Part shown: positions 1-8,737 of the stretch, one piece after another | How the letters are laid out: each line of letters starts with the position of its first letter | Numbering within the stretch: position 1 is the first letter of the stretch | Origin: an uncultured Gemmatimonadales bacterium | GTDB lineage: Bacteria > Gemmatimonadota > Gemmatimonadetes > Gemmatimonadales > GWC2-71-9 | Direction of reading: 5' to 3' | Length of the DNA stretch: 64,000 bases | Assembly: GCA_963828735.1 (NCBI GenBank) | Contig: CAWHFW010000003.1 | Span: 96,001-160,000, forward strand | Notes under the pieces: generated by a model | The model's database searches: none | The model's input: the letters and a program-made list of their open reading frames with translations, nothing else | What the model was told of the DNA's origin: nothing | Made by a program: the position numbers and the translations under genes

Positions 1-556
1 CCAGCGACCGGATCGCCTCCTGGGTCGCCGCCGTGAAGCCGAGCCGAGAGGCGATGCCGGCTCCCCGGTCGCACCGGGCCTGGGTCATCTCGCGCCCGAC
101 CCCTCGTTCGGTTACGCCGATCGTGGCCGCGCGCAGCACGCGCGCGAACGGCGAGGCCTCCGGCCTGGCGTTGCGGAGCGCGTACGCCAGGTTCGGCAGC
201 GGTGCGGTCCAGTCCGTCAGCTTGTGGTCATGCTTGAGCCGACGGTCGTCCGCGCCGAACACGCGGCACAAACGCGCCGCGTTGCTGGAGCACCCCAGGT
301 CCTTGAGCAGGAGCGCGTAGAACAGCGGTGCGCGGTCACGGGCCGGCAACGCCGCGCCCTGCGCGATCCGCATCCCGATGAGGCAGGTGCGGACCGCGTG
401 GCCTTCTGGCTGCCCCTCGGTGATGTCGAGCGCGTACGACAGGGCCGACAGGATCTCGGACAACCGGAGCGAGGAGGATGCGGGCGCGAACGTGATCATC
501 GGTACCGTGGGCCTTCGTAGCGGATCAGCCTGCCTCGTGGCGGCCGTCCTGATCAT
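1..556 (-). CDS. HD/HD-GYP-type phosphohydrolase, N-terminal part (runs off window start)
   Basis: Not in ORF track; translated by hand: (M..)MITFAPASSSLRLSEILSALSYALDITEGQPEGHAVRTCLIGMRIA...LFYALLLKDLGCSSNAA...ARCDRGAGIASRLGF. This is the typical N-terminus of HD-GYP-like proteins. Start is ATG 556 or 499. Confidence 0.8.
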   Translation of the reverse strand, partial: MIRTAATRQADPLRRPTVPMITFAPASSSLRLSEILSALSYALDITEGQPEGHAVRTCLIGMRIAQGAALPARDRAPLFYALLLKDLGCSSNAARLCRVFGADDRRLKHDHKLTDWTAPLPNLAYALRNARPEASPFARVLRAATIGVTERGVGREMTQARCDRGAGIASRLGFTAATQEAIRSL

Positions 557-573
557 GGTGGGTTCAGTGGATC

Positions 574-2061
574 CTACTCGTCAGGCGGGCTGCTGCTACC
601 GCCCATCTGCGTCTCCAGGGCACCACGCAGCTCGACGCCTTCCGCGCCCAACAGCCGGAAGAGCTCCCACTCCGCCGCGCGGGCCGGTCCGATGCGCCGT
701 CCGTTGTACATGAGCGAGATCACCAGCACGCCGTCGGGGCGGCCCAGATACCCGGCCAGGTTGGCGACGTTGTCGAGCGTCCCGGTCTTCGCGTGCACCA
801 CGCCTCGCCCCATCCCGCCCCGGAGCCGGCGCAGCGTTCCCGTCCCATTGGCCGGCAACAGCATGGGGAATCGCTCGTTCCCGGGGAGCTGCGGATAACG
901 CGCGAGATAGAGCACCTGGGTCATCGGGCTGATGCGGTTGAGCTCGCTCAGTCCGCTCCCGTCGACCAGGGAGACCCGTGCGGCCGGTCCGACGACTCGG
1001 CGCACGTGATCCGTCACGAGCGCCGGACCGGTCGTCTGGCTGCCCGCACCCCACTGCAGCATCAGCTCGGCGCCGATGTTGAGGCTCCGGCGATTCACTT
1101 CGACGGCGACGCTATCGAACGGCGCGGATTCCACCTGCGCCAGCACCGAGCGCGACTCGAGCGTCTGCATGACCGGCCCGCCGGGGAGTATCCAGCGGAT
1201 GCCGGCTCGTTCGAGCGCCGATGCCCAGGTGGCCGCGAGCAGGCGCGAAGGGTCGTGCGCGACCGCCGAGAAGCCGAGCGGGCGCCGGTACAGGCCGATG
1301 GTGCCGTTGAGGGTCCAGCCGCCGTCGGCCCCTGGCGTGAGCCACAGCCGGCCGCCACTTCCGCTCACCGTGGTGGCGGCCATCCGGATCAGGCGTTCGA
1401 CGCCGTCGGGATAGGCCGTGACGAGGACCGGTGGTGCGCCGGTGTCGCGGCCGGGCCGGTAGGTGAGCGAGATGGTGTTCTCGTGCAGCGCGACCGGGCC
1501 GACCGGCGGTGCGTAGAGCTGTCCCTCGAAGTCGGCAGACCAGACGCTTGGATAGTGGCTCGACGCCGGGCCGGTACGGCTGGTGAGCACCAGCGGGCCT
1601 TCGAGCTGGCGAACGCCGCGGGCACGAAGCCGCCGCGCGAGCTCGCGGAGGGTCGGCCCGCTCCGGCCGGCACGATCCAGCGTCCAGTCGCCGCCCAGCT
1701 CCAGAGCCCACGTGCCTTGCCAGCGCCCGGAGGTCGGCTCGAGGGCGCCATCGCCGACGACGCTGGTGGTGATGCGCGACTCACCGCCCACGCGGGCCCG
1801 GGTGAAGCCGGTCGTAAAGACTTTCGCGGTCGACGCCGGAACGAGCGCCAACTCCGGGCTCATGCTCCAGAGAATGCGTCCGTCCATGGTGCCGATGGCC
1901 ACGCCCCATTCGCCGTTTCGCGTACGATCCGCGGTGCGGCGATACCAGGACTCGAGCGCCTCGACCTCCTTGGGCGCGAGGCTCTGGCCGCGAGCCGGCG
2001 ACGAAGCGATGGAACCCGCAACGACGACGACGACCAGCGTCCCGATGAGACGACGGGCCAT
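574..2061 (-). CDS. dacB: D-Ala-D-Ala carboxypeptidase/endopeptidase (peptidase S13, PBP4-like)
   Basis: PASTAK (SxxK), SLN (SxN), DGSGLS and KTGTL motifs; signal peptide from MARRLIG (ATG 2061). Confidence 0.92.
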   Translation of the reverse strand: MARRLIGTLVVVVVAGSIASSPARGQSLAPKEVEALESWYRRTADRTRNGEWGVAIGTMDGRILWSMSPELALVPASTAKVFTTGFTRARVGGESRITTSVVGDGALEPTSGRWQGTWALELGGDWTLDRAGRSGPTLRELARRLRARGVRQLEGPLVLTSRTGPASSHYPSVWSADFEGQLYAPPVGPVALHENTISLTYRPGRDTGAPPVLVTAYPDGVERLIRMAATTVSGSGGRLWLTPGADGGWTLNGTIGLYRRPLGFSAVAHDPSRLLAATWASALERAGIRWILPGGPVMQTLESRSVLAQVESAPFDSVAVEVNRRSLNIGAELMLQWGAGSQTTGPALVTDHVRRVVGPAARVSLVDGSGLSELNRISPMTQVLYLARYPQLPGNERFPMLLPANGTGTLRRLRGGMGRGVVHAKTGTLDNVANLAGYLGRPDGVLVISLMYNGRRIGPARAAEWELFRLLGAEGVELRGALETQMGGSSSPPDE

Positions 2062-2179
2062 GAACGACTCGCGTGTTGAACCGGTTGAACGGCAGACAAG
2101 GGATCCCACCGTTCGGGGTGCAATCGCCAAGCCACCATCTAAGTCTTTTATTGGCAACGCGATATGTTGGAATACAACG

Positions 2180-2210
2180 CCCCGGATCTGGCATTTCGCC
2201 AGACCCGGGG
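2180..2210 (-). terminator. Hairpin downstream of YceI gene, possible terminator
   Basis: Imperfect inverted repeat cccggatctggc-atttc-gccagacccggg; no strong U tract. Confidence 0.4.
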
Positions 2211-2227
2211 CATGGGTTCGCCGTGGC

Positions 2228-2788
2228 TCAGGCGGCGTCAGGCTGCCTGACGAGCTCTACGTCGATCTCGATCTTGAGCTCATCGCCCACGAGGAAGCCG
2301 CCGGCCTCGAGCGCCTGATTCCAGGTCAGGCCGAAGTCCTTCCGGTTGATCTTCGTGCTGGCCGTGGCCGCGCGCCGCAGGTTCCCCCACGGATCCTTGA
2401 ACTCGAGGTCGGCCGTCTCGACCGACAGGACCACGGGCCGCGTGACTCCGTGAATGGTGAGGTCGCCGGAGACGGCCAAGCCATCAGCCGTCGGCGCCAG
2501 CTTCGTGCTGCGGAACTCGATCGTGGGGAATCGATCCGCGTCGAGGAAGTCGGCGCTCCGCAGGTGGGCGTCACGTTGGGGCTCACGCGTATCGATGCTG
2601 GCCGCATCGATGATCGCATGGATGCTGGAATGGCCAAGTCTCTCAGGGTCCAGGGTAACTGACCCGGAGACTTTGTCGAACTGCCCGCGCACGGTGGCGA
2701 CGACAAGGTGTCTGATCGAGAAATGCACCCCGGAGTGGGCTGGATCGATGTTCCAAGTTGTTGTGGCTTCAGTTGTTGCGGATGACAT
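2228..2788 (-). CDS. YceI-family polyisoprenoid-binding protein
   Basis: WNIDPAHS..F.IRH, SIDT..QRDAHLRSADF and GDLTIHGVTRPV motifs; GGAG RBS. Confidence 0.93.
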   Translation of the reverse strand: MSSATTEATTTWNIDPAHSGVHFSIRHLVVATVRGQFDKVSGSVTLDPERLGHSSIHAIIDAASIDTREPQRDAHLRSADFLDADRFPTIEFRSTKLAPTADGLAVSGDLTIHGVTRPVVLSVETADLEFKDPWGNLRRAATASTKINRKDFGLTWNQALEAGGFLVGDELKIEIDVELVRQPDAA

Positions 2789-2834
2789 GGCTTATCTCCA
2801 TGGACACGATGGGCGATTGCTGACGACTCACTGA

Positions 2835-2875
2835 CGCTATATTATAGAGAGCGCTATGATTTGTCAAGCGCTTGA
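2835..2875. promoter_or_regulatory. Putative operator/promoter between divergent yceI-like and hxlR-like genes
   Basis: AT-rich patch with palindromes CTATATTATAG (2837-2847) and TCAAGCGCTTGA (2864-2875). Confidence 0.5.
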
Positions 2876-2909
2876 TCAATCGTAGCTCCAGCCTTACATT
2901 CGCTAAACC

Positions 2910-3263
2910 ATGAAGCCCGCAGACCGTGAGTTCTGCCCCGTTTACGCCTCCATCGAGCTCCTTCAGGAGAAGTGGAACCTGCACATCATCCGGGCCCTCC
3001 TCCCGGGCCCGATGGGCTTCAACGAGCTCGGTCGAGCCGTGGGCGCGAACCCCTCCACGCTCACCCAACGCCTGGATCGCCTGGAACGGGCAGGCGTCGT
3101 GGACCGCACGGTCCACTCCGCGATGCCGCCCCGAACGAGCTACGCGCTCACCTGCGCGGGCCGGGGTCTGCAGGAGGTGATCGGCGCGATCGAGCGGTGG
3201 GGGAACGACAACTTGAAGGATCCGGACGAAGCGAGGCGGTTGCAGCCTTCCACCGGCGACTAG
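2910..3263 (+). CDS. HxlR-family winged-helix transcriptional regulator
   Basis: N-terminal CPV, ELLQEKW, FNEL, LTQRL..LE..G.V.R and PPR..Y.LT..G motifs. Confidence 0.92.
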   Translation: MKPADREFCPVYASIELLQEKWNLHIIRALLPGPMGFNELGRAVGANPSTLTQRLDRLERAGVVDRTVHSAMPPRTSYALTCAGRGLQEVIGAIERWGNDNLKDPDEARRLQPSTGD

Positions 3264-3270
3264 GCCGGGC

Positions 3271-5256
3271 TCACACCGCTTCGAGCGCCTGCAGCAGCTC
3301 GGCCGCGCTCTGCCATCGGTCGCTCGGTTTGTGGGCCAACGCGCGGAGGATGATGCGGGACAGCTCCGGCGGCACCTCGGCGTTGAGCGAGGTGGGATCG
3401 GGGGGTGTTCGGCTCAGGTGATACATGCCGAGCTCGCTTAGGCTTGGCGGATCGAACACCAGACGTCCCGTGAGGCATTCGAACAGCACCGCTCCCGCCG
3501 CCCACAAGTCGGTGCGGTGATCGATGGGGTCCCCGAAGAGCTGCTCCGGCGCCATGTACTGCGGCGTCCCCACCACCACGCCTACCGCGGTCAGCGCCTC
3601 GCCTGTACTGGGACTGCCTTCCGCCAGCCGGGCGATCCCGAAGTCCATCACCTTGAGAAAGCCCGCCGGGTCCACCAGCAGGTTCTGCGGCTTGATGTCC
3701 CTGTGGACGATGCCTTCCTCATGCGCCACCTCGAGCGCCCGGCAGAGCTGCTTGCCGATCGTCAGCGTCGCCGCCACGTCGAGCCGGCCTGCGTCGTGGA
3801 TGAAGGTCGCCAGGGTGGTGCCGCGCACCAGCTCCATCGTGATGTAATAGGTGCCTCCCGCCTCGCCGAGGTCGTAGGTGCGTACGACGTTGCGATGGGT
3901 GATCCGGCGGGCGAGTCGAAGCTCCTGCTTGAAGCGCTCCAGCACCGTCGGATCGAGCGAGCCGAGCTCGGGACGAAGCACCTTGATGGCCACTCCCTCT
4001 CCGAGCTGTCGGTCGTGCGCCCGGTACACCACCCCCATCCCGCCCCGCCCAAGCACGTCGCCTATCTCGTAACGGCCTGCGAACACGCTCCCCGGCGAGA
4101 TCGTCCCGGTCTCCGCGCTGGCGAGCGGGGGCTGGATGGCCATGTCCGGTCGCGTTCGGAAGTACGCCACCAGGCGGTCCTTCTCGCGTAGCTCCTCGAC
4201 CATCCGGCCGAATGCCGCCGCCAGTTCGCCGATCTCGTCGCGGCTGGTGACGGGAACGTCCGAGTACGCCCCCTCGGTCACCTGGTGCGTGGCGGCCACC
4301 AGTCGGTGCACCGGGCGCGTGATCTGTCGCGCGAGCAGGATGGATGAGACGAGCGCCAGCAGGAGGCCTCCGGCGAAGGCCCATCCGATGGCTCGGCTGA
4401 GCTGCCGCCAGGCGGCGAGCTCCGCATCCCGGTCGTGGAGTCCGACAAACCCCCCGATAGGCACGCCGTCCGCGGTCTGCAGGAGACCGGTGATCCCTTC
4501 GTAGGTCCGCCCGCCGGCACTCAGCCGGAAACGAGCCGGCGAGGTGTCACCGGGAGCCGCCTCGACCCGCAGCTTCCGCACGGCCTCGCGGAGCCCCGAC
4601 GCCCCCACGGTCGACACGGCCAGCGTCGGTACCCCCGCCGTGTCGCGCGAGAAGAACAGGATCTCGGACCCGGTGTGCCGCTTGAGCTGCGACGCGAACG
4701 TGCTGTCGACGCGGACCGCCGCGACGACCACGCCGTATCTCGCGCCGCCGGCGGGGTTGATGACCGGGACACCAACCGCCTGATACAGCTGGTCGTGAAC
4801 CGGCGCCGACTCGATCCACAGGCCTTCCGTGGTCCGTCCCTCGAGCGCCCGCCCGATCAACGCGCCGCGGGAGAAATCCTCGTCCGCCGCGTTCCGCTGC
4901 GCCGTCCAGGCCTTGAGCACGCCGTCGCCGTCGACGATCAGCACCCAGTCCGCGCCCGTTTGCGCGCGCAGCTCGTCGGCCTGGTCGAGGAGGTTGGCGC
5001 GATCGTCGGTGTGGAGGGCCTCGCCGATGCGCGACACATAGGCCGGCACCTGGACCAGCGCAGCGGTGAGCTGGCGGAGGCTCCGACTCCGACTCACCAT
5101 CGCGTCGCCGATCGCCGAGCGCGTGGCCCGGAGCGCCCGTGCGGATGCCGCCTGAGCTGCGGCGTCCGCGCGGCTTCGCGTGACGAGCAGGGCGGTCCCC
5201 AACGCCGCGACGACCACGAGCGCCGCGCCGGCGAAGATCTTGGTGGCGAGCCGCAT
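3271..5256 (-). CDS. Membrane Ser/Thr protein kinase: TM, periplasmic sensor (Cache-like), TM, HAMP, Hanks kinase
   Basis: Two hydrophobic helices; HAMP (ITRPV..L..A...DEIGELAAAF..M); kinase motifs GRGGMG, VAIK, HRDIKPQN, DFG and GTPQYMAPE. Confidence 0.92.
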   Translation of the reverse strand: MRLATKIFAGAALVVVAALGTALLVTRSRADAAAQAASARALRATRSAIGDAMVSRSRSLRQLTAALVQVPAYVSRIGEALHTDDRANLLDQADELRAQTGADWVLIVDGDGVLKAWTAQRNAADEDFSRGALIGRALEGRTTEGLWIESAPVHDQLYQAVGVPVINPAGGARYGVVVAAVRVDSTFASQLKRHTGSEILFFSRDTAGVPTLAVSTVGASGLREAVRKLRVEAAPGDTSPARFRLSAGGRTYEGITGLLQTADGVPIGGFVGLHDRDAELAAWRQLSRAIGWAFAGGLLLALVSSILLARQITRPVHRLVAATHQVTEGAYSDVPVTSRDEIGELAAAFGRMVEELREKDRLVAYFRTRPDMAIQPPLASAETGTISPGSVFAGRYEIGDVLGRGGMGVVYRAHDRQLGEGVAIKVLRPELGSLDPTVLERFKQELRLARRITHRNVVRTYDLGEAGGTYYITMELVRGTTLATFIHDAGRLDVAATLTIGKQLCRALEVAHEEGIVHRDIKPQNLLVDPAGFLKVMDFGIARLAEGSPSTGEALTAVGVVVGTPQYMAPEQLFGDPIDHRTDLWAAGAVLFECLTGRLVFDPPSLSELGMYHLSRTPPDPTSLNAEVPPELSRIILRALAHKPSDRWQSAAELLQALEAV

Positions 5257-5258
5257 CC

Positions 5259-5951
5259 TCAGTACCTCCGCCCCTCCTGAGGGTACGGCTGGCCATACTT
5301 GTTGAGATGGGGTTTGAACCGGTAGCCCCGGGCGTCGAGCTGGATCGCGACGTCACGCAGGCCGCCAGACGGGACTTCGAGTGGCTGGCTGGCTTCGTCC
5401 GCCCGCTCGTGCCAGGCGTGCAGCAGATACCTTCCGGGTGGAACCCGGGACACCAGGAACGAGCCGTCACCCTCCGGCTGCGTGAAGTACGGACCATCGG
5501 GGACGACCACCAAGGCGCTCATCTGCGCGTGGACGTTGCAATAGACGCGGATGACGCCGGGGCGCGTGAACCGCACCGAGCGGATTTCGCCCCTGCCATA
5601 GAGGCCGAGATCGAAGGGCTGCTCTTCCGAGAGCGAGAAGACGTTGTGGTTGAAGGGATCGTGGTTGGGAAAGGAGACCGTGGAGCCGACAGGGACGACG
5701 AGTACGTGAGGTGAGAACGCCTTGTCCGAGGTGGTAATTTCCGCGGCCACTGGCGCCACCGACCCCGGACCGTCCAGCCAGATGACCGCCTGACCGACGT
5801 CCTCCGCCTGGCGGTTTCCCTTGTCGAGCACGGTCAACCGGCCGCGCACGTCGCCAGCCTGCCACGAGGCCGCCGCCAGCGAGAGGACGGCAACCGTCGC
5901 GGCCGGCAGGACCCGGCGGAACCGCCCGCCACGCTGTACTTTGGCCCGCAT
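5259..5951 (-). CDS. Secreted cupredoxin-like protein with C-terminal carboxypeptidase-regulatory-like beta domain
   Basis: Signal peptide; NHNVFS...YCNVHAQM gives H..C-x2-H-x2-M type-1 Cu ligands; stop lies 2 nt before the kinase ATG. Confidence 0.8.
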   Translation of the reverse strand: MRAKVQRGGRFRRVLPAATVAVLSLAAASWQAGDVRGRLTVLDKGNRQAEDVGQAVIWLDGPGSVAPVAAEITTSDKAFSPHVLVVPVGSTVSFPNHDPFNHNVFSLSEEQPFDLGLYGRGEIRSVRFTRPGVIRVYCNVHAQMSALVVVPDGPYFTQPEGDGSFLVSRVPPGRYLLHAWHERADEASQPLEVPSGGLRDVAIQLDARGYRFKPHLNKYGQPYPQEGRRY

Positions 5952-6012
5952 GACCAAAGGTTATCGTCGGCCCTGAGGGGCGTCAACGCGATCCACGAGA
6001 GATGTGCGGCGT

Positions 6013-7188
6013 ATGAGACTGTCCAAACCCCACGTCCTGCAAGCGATTCCGTTTGTTCTCGCAGTGACGGCGGCCCCGATATCAGCCCAGGACTCCAGGA
6101 TACAGGCCGAGGTGCACGGCCTGGTGCTCGTGAATGGCTTCCTCAACACCGATGCCGTCAACAACAGCGACGTCCCGCAGTTCGTGCTCCCGCCGCCGGC
6201 ATCGGGTGGCCCACCCTCGAGTGCGGCCAGCGCGACGATCCGCCAGTCGCGCGTCACCGTTCGTGCAACGGTCCCCGAGTTCTGGGGAGGCCACCTGGCC
6301 GGTGAGCTCGACGTCGACTTCTTCGGCGGTCAGCAGCCGTCCACCGGTGGGCGCACTTTTCCCCTGCTCCGGCTGAGACGAGCCTTTGCCGAATTCACCC
6401 GCGGCCGCCTCGACGTCTTCGTTGGGCAGGAGGCGCCGCCGATCGTCGAGATCAATCCCTCCTCCCTGGCCAGCATCGGCATCCCCGAATTCGCCGGCGC
6501 GGGGAATCTCTGGCTCTGGATTCCCCAGGTCCGGGTCGGCGCGGACGTCGTGACGGTCGGCCCCGCCCGGCTCGGTCTCGAGCTCACCGCGCTGGCGCCG
6601 ACGTCAGGGGATGCTCAGACCGCCTTCCTCACTCAGCCGGACATCGCCGAGCGAAGCAGCCGGCCCTATCTCCAGGGACGCCTCCGAGCCCGATGGGGTA
6701 GCGGCGACAGTCGAGGCGAGATCAACGTCGGCGGTCACCTGGGCTGGCTCGAGGTGAGGGCGGACAGCCTGGTGACCTCGGAAGCCGTAGCCGTCAGCGT
6801 GTGGACGCCGATCGTGCGGGGACTCGAGCTCCGGGGCGAAGCGTACGCCGGGCGTGCCCTTGCGGGGCTTGGTGGAGGCGGGATCGGGCAGAACTTCGGA
6901 GGCGACAGCACGGCGGTGAACACGACCGGCGGCTGGGTTCAACTCAACCTGCGCCCATCCTCCGCCTGGGAGATCGGCGCCGGGGCCGCGCTCGACGACC
7001 CGGACGACGAGGACCTCGATGCCACCACGCAGCGCCTGCGGAACCTGGCCATCGAGGGACACGCGAGCTGGCGGAGCGCACCGGCGGTGATCGGCGCCGA
7101 GGTGCGCCACTTGAAGACCCGCTACGGCGCGAGCCCGTCGGACGTGGGAGCCACACACTTCAATCTGGCGGTGGGGTTCGAGTTCTAG
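6013..7188 (+). CDS. Outer-membrane beta-barrel porin (DcaP-like)
   Basis: Signal peptide; ELDVDFFGG...LRLRRAF...VGQ pattern; amphipathic strands; C-terminal Phe (VGFEF). Confidence 0.75.
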   Translation: MRLSKPHVLQAIPFVLAVTAAPISAQDSRIQAEVHGLVLVNGFLNTDAVNNSDVPQFVLPPPASGGPPSSAASATIRQSRVTVRATVPEFWGGHLAGELDVDFFGGQQPSTGGRTFPLLRLRRAFAEFTRGRLDVFVGQEAPPIVEINPSSLASIGIPEFAGAGNLWLWIPQVRVGADVVTVGPARLGLELTALAPTSGDAQTAFLTQPDIAERSSRPYLQGRLRARWGSGDSRGEINVGGHLGWLEVRADSLVTSEAVAVSVWTPIVRGLELRGEAYAGRALAGLGGGGIGQNFGGDSTAVNTTGGWVQLNLRPSSAWEIGAGAALDDPDDEDLDATTQRLRNLAIEGHASWRSAPAVIGAEVRHLKTRYGASPSDVGATHFNLAVGFEF

Positions 7189-7320
7189 CTGGCGGCGGGG
7201 ACGGTAAGGAGTCGTGCAGCGATTTGCCGGGCCGCTCAGCCGTGAGGAGCCTGTGCGGGAGTCGAGGCGTGGGAGTTTATGGGCGTGGGACGAGGAGGGG
7301 CACCCGCGCGGTGCGGCGCC

Positions 7321-7989
7321 CTACACCCCGCCCGTCGCCGGCTCGGCGAAGCCTGGCGTGTGCTCCTCCTCCGCGGGCGACTCTGGCACCACGGGCATCG
7401 GCACGTCGAATGGCGCCGTCAGTTCATCGCCCGCCACGCGTGCCTGCACCCGCTGCAGGACCATCTGGGCCACCCCGGCGGACAGCGCGAACTCGCGTAT
7501 GTAGTGGTCGGTGACGGCGTTGACGGGGAGGATCCCCTTGAGCAGCCACGCCAGCTCGAGCGCATTCTCGACGTGCGTGGCCACAACGGCCTCGGCAGCG
7601 CGAGAGCCGGCCATGCGCGCCAGCTCGATGGTGCGCTCGTGATATCGCCGCCGATACCGCTGATGCTCGAGCTGCAGGTCGATTCGCAAACGGTGCCAGC
7701 CGGTCAGCGTCGGCAGGTCGGCCGGCTCGGGCAGCGTCTTGAGGTCGAGTCCCGTGAGCGTGCGCGATCGGACGACCTCGTGCATCGACTCGGGCACCGC
7801 CGTGACGTGGAAATAAAGATCCAGCCCGCGGAGGGCGGCGATTCGGGGAGCAAACTCGGTGACGAACTGGACTGCCTGGCGGGTATGGGTGTCGATCAGC
7901 GCTTCCCAGCTCGTGGCGTACGCGACGCGGACGTGCAGGTGCAGCACGTCGGGGATGCGACGCAGGGACATCTGGCTAGGAACCGTCAT
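7321..7989 (-). CDS. Hypothetical protein with internally duplicated helical domain
   Basis: Coding-like 222-aa ORF; two ~50-aa segments align without gaps (see findings). Confidence 0.75.
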   Translation of the reverse strand: MTVPSQMSLRRIPDVLHLHVRVAYATSWEALIDTHTRQAVQFVTEFAPRIAALRGLDLYFHVTAVPESMHEVVRSRTLTGLDLKTLPEPADLPTLTGWHRLRIDLQLEHQRYRRRYHERTIELARMAGSRAAEAVVATHVENALELAWLLKGILPVNAVTDHYIREFALSAGVAQMVLQRVQARVAGDELTAPFDVPMPVVPESPAEEEHTPGFAEPATGGV

Positions 7990-8122
7990 GCTCGCGACTC
8001 CGCCAGCAATATCCAGTCCGGGGCGGGCGTAGGGCGGCCGCGTCGAGACGAGGCGGCCTTAGCTCGTGCCAACCGATGCTGCGCCCGCTGCAAAACGCGG
8101 GGGATGTGGCAGAGGTCCCCGC

Positions 8123-8569
8123 TCAGCGCAGGGGTTTGGGCAGGAATCGGGCGTACCGCGATTCCCAGACACGGAGCGATTCCAGCGACAGACTTTCCAG
8201 CTCGTGGGAAACCGCCCGCGCGGCGGCGAGCGCCGTCTCGACGTCGTCGTCCCGGGGATCGGCCGAATGATTGTTCAGCTCCGCCACGCCGACGAGAACG
8301 GTGAGCTGGTTGTTGACCCGGTCCTGGAGCATCACCCGGAGCTTCCGGATGAGGCGTTCCCGGGCCAGTCGCGAATGACGGCGCACGGCCCAGATGAGAA
8401 AGCCCTGCAGCCAGACGAGGAAGGTGAGAGCAAGCCCCTGCGTGCCGCGATCCACTTGGGTGAACGTCAGCGTGATCGCGAGGATCACCCCGACCGTGGT
8501 CAGCAGAAGTTCGAAATGCTCGGAGAGGCGGGCCCGAAGGCCGTCCCGCAGCGTTCTCGACGGAACCAC
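8123..8569 (-). CDS. Small 2-TM protein with degenerate HisKA-like cytoplasmic hairpin
   Basis: Two TM helices, then LQDRVNNQLTVLVGVAEL; start position uncertain. Confidence 0.7.
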   Translation of the reverse strand: MVPSRTLRDGLRARLSEHFELLLTTVGVILAITLTFTQVDRGTQGLALTFLVWLQGFLIWAVRRHSRLARERLIRKLRVMLQDRVNNQLTVLVGVAELNNHSADPRDDDVETALAAARAVSHELESLSLESLRVWESRYARFLPKPLR

Positions 8570-8662
8570 GACAACCTCGACTGGTATGGCGAACAGGGGA
8601 GCCGCTCTCCAATCTCGGAAAAACCACTCACCTCGTCCAGTGCCAGATTCTCGACACCGTCC

Positions 8663-8706
8663 AAAAAAGCGACCCCGCCCTCTGCAACAGGTGGCGGGGT
8701 CGGCTT
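8663..8706 (-). terminator. Intrinsic terminator of the sigma factor gene
   Basis: Stem cgaccccgcc/ggcggggtcg with A6 (U6 on the minus strand) at 8663-8668. Confidence 0.8.
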
Positions 8707-8737
8707 TCGGTCAGCGAAGCTACGCTACACGGCCAAG

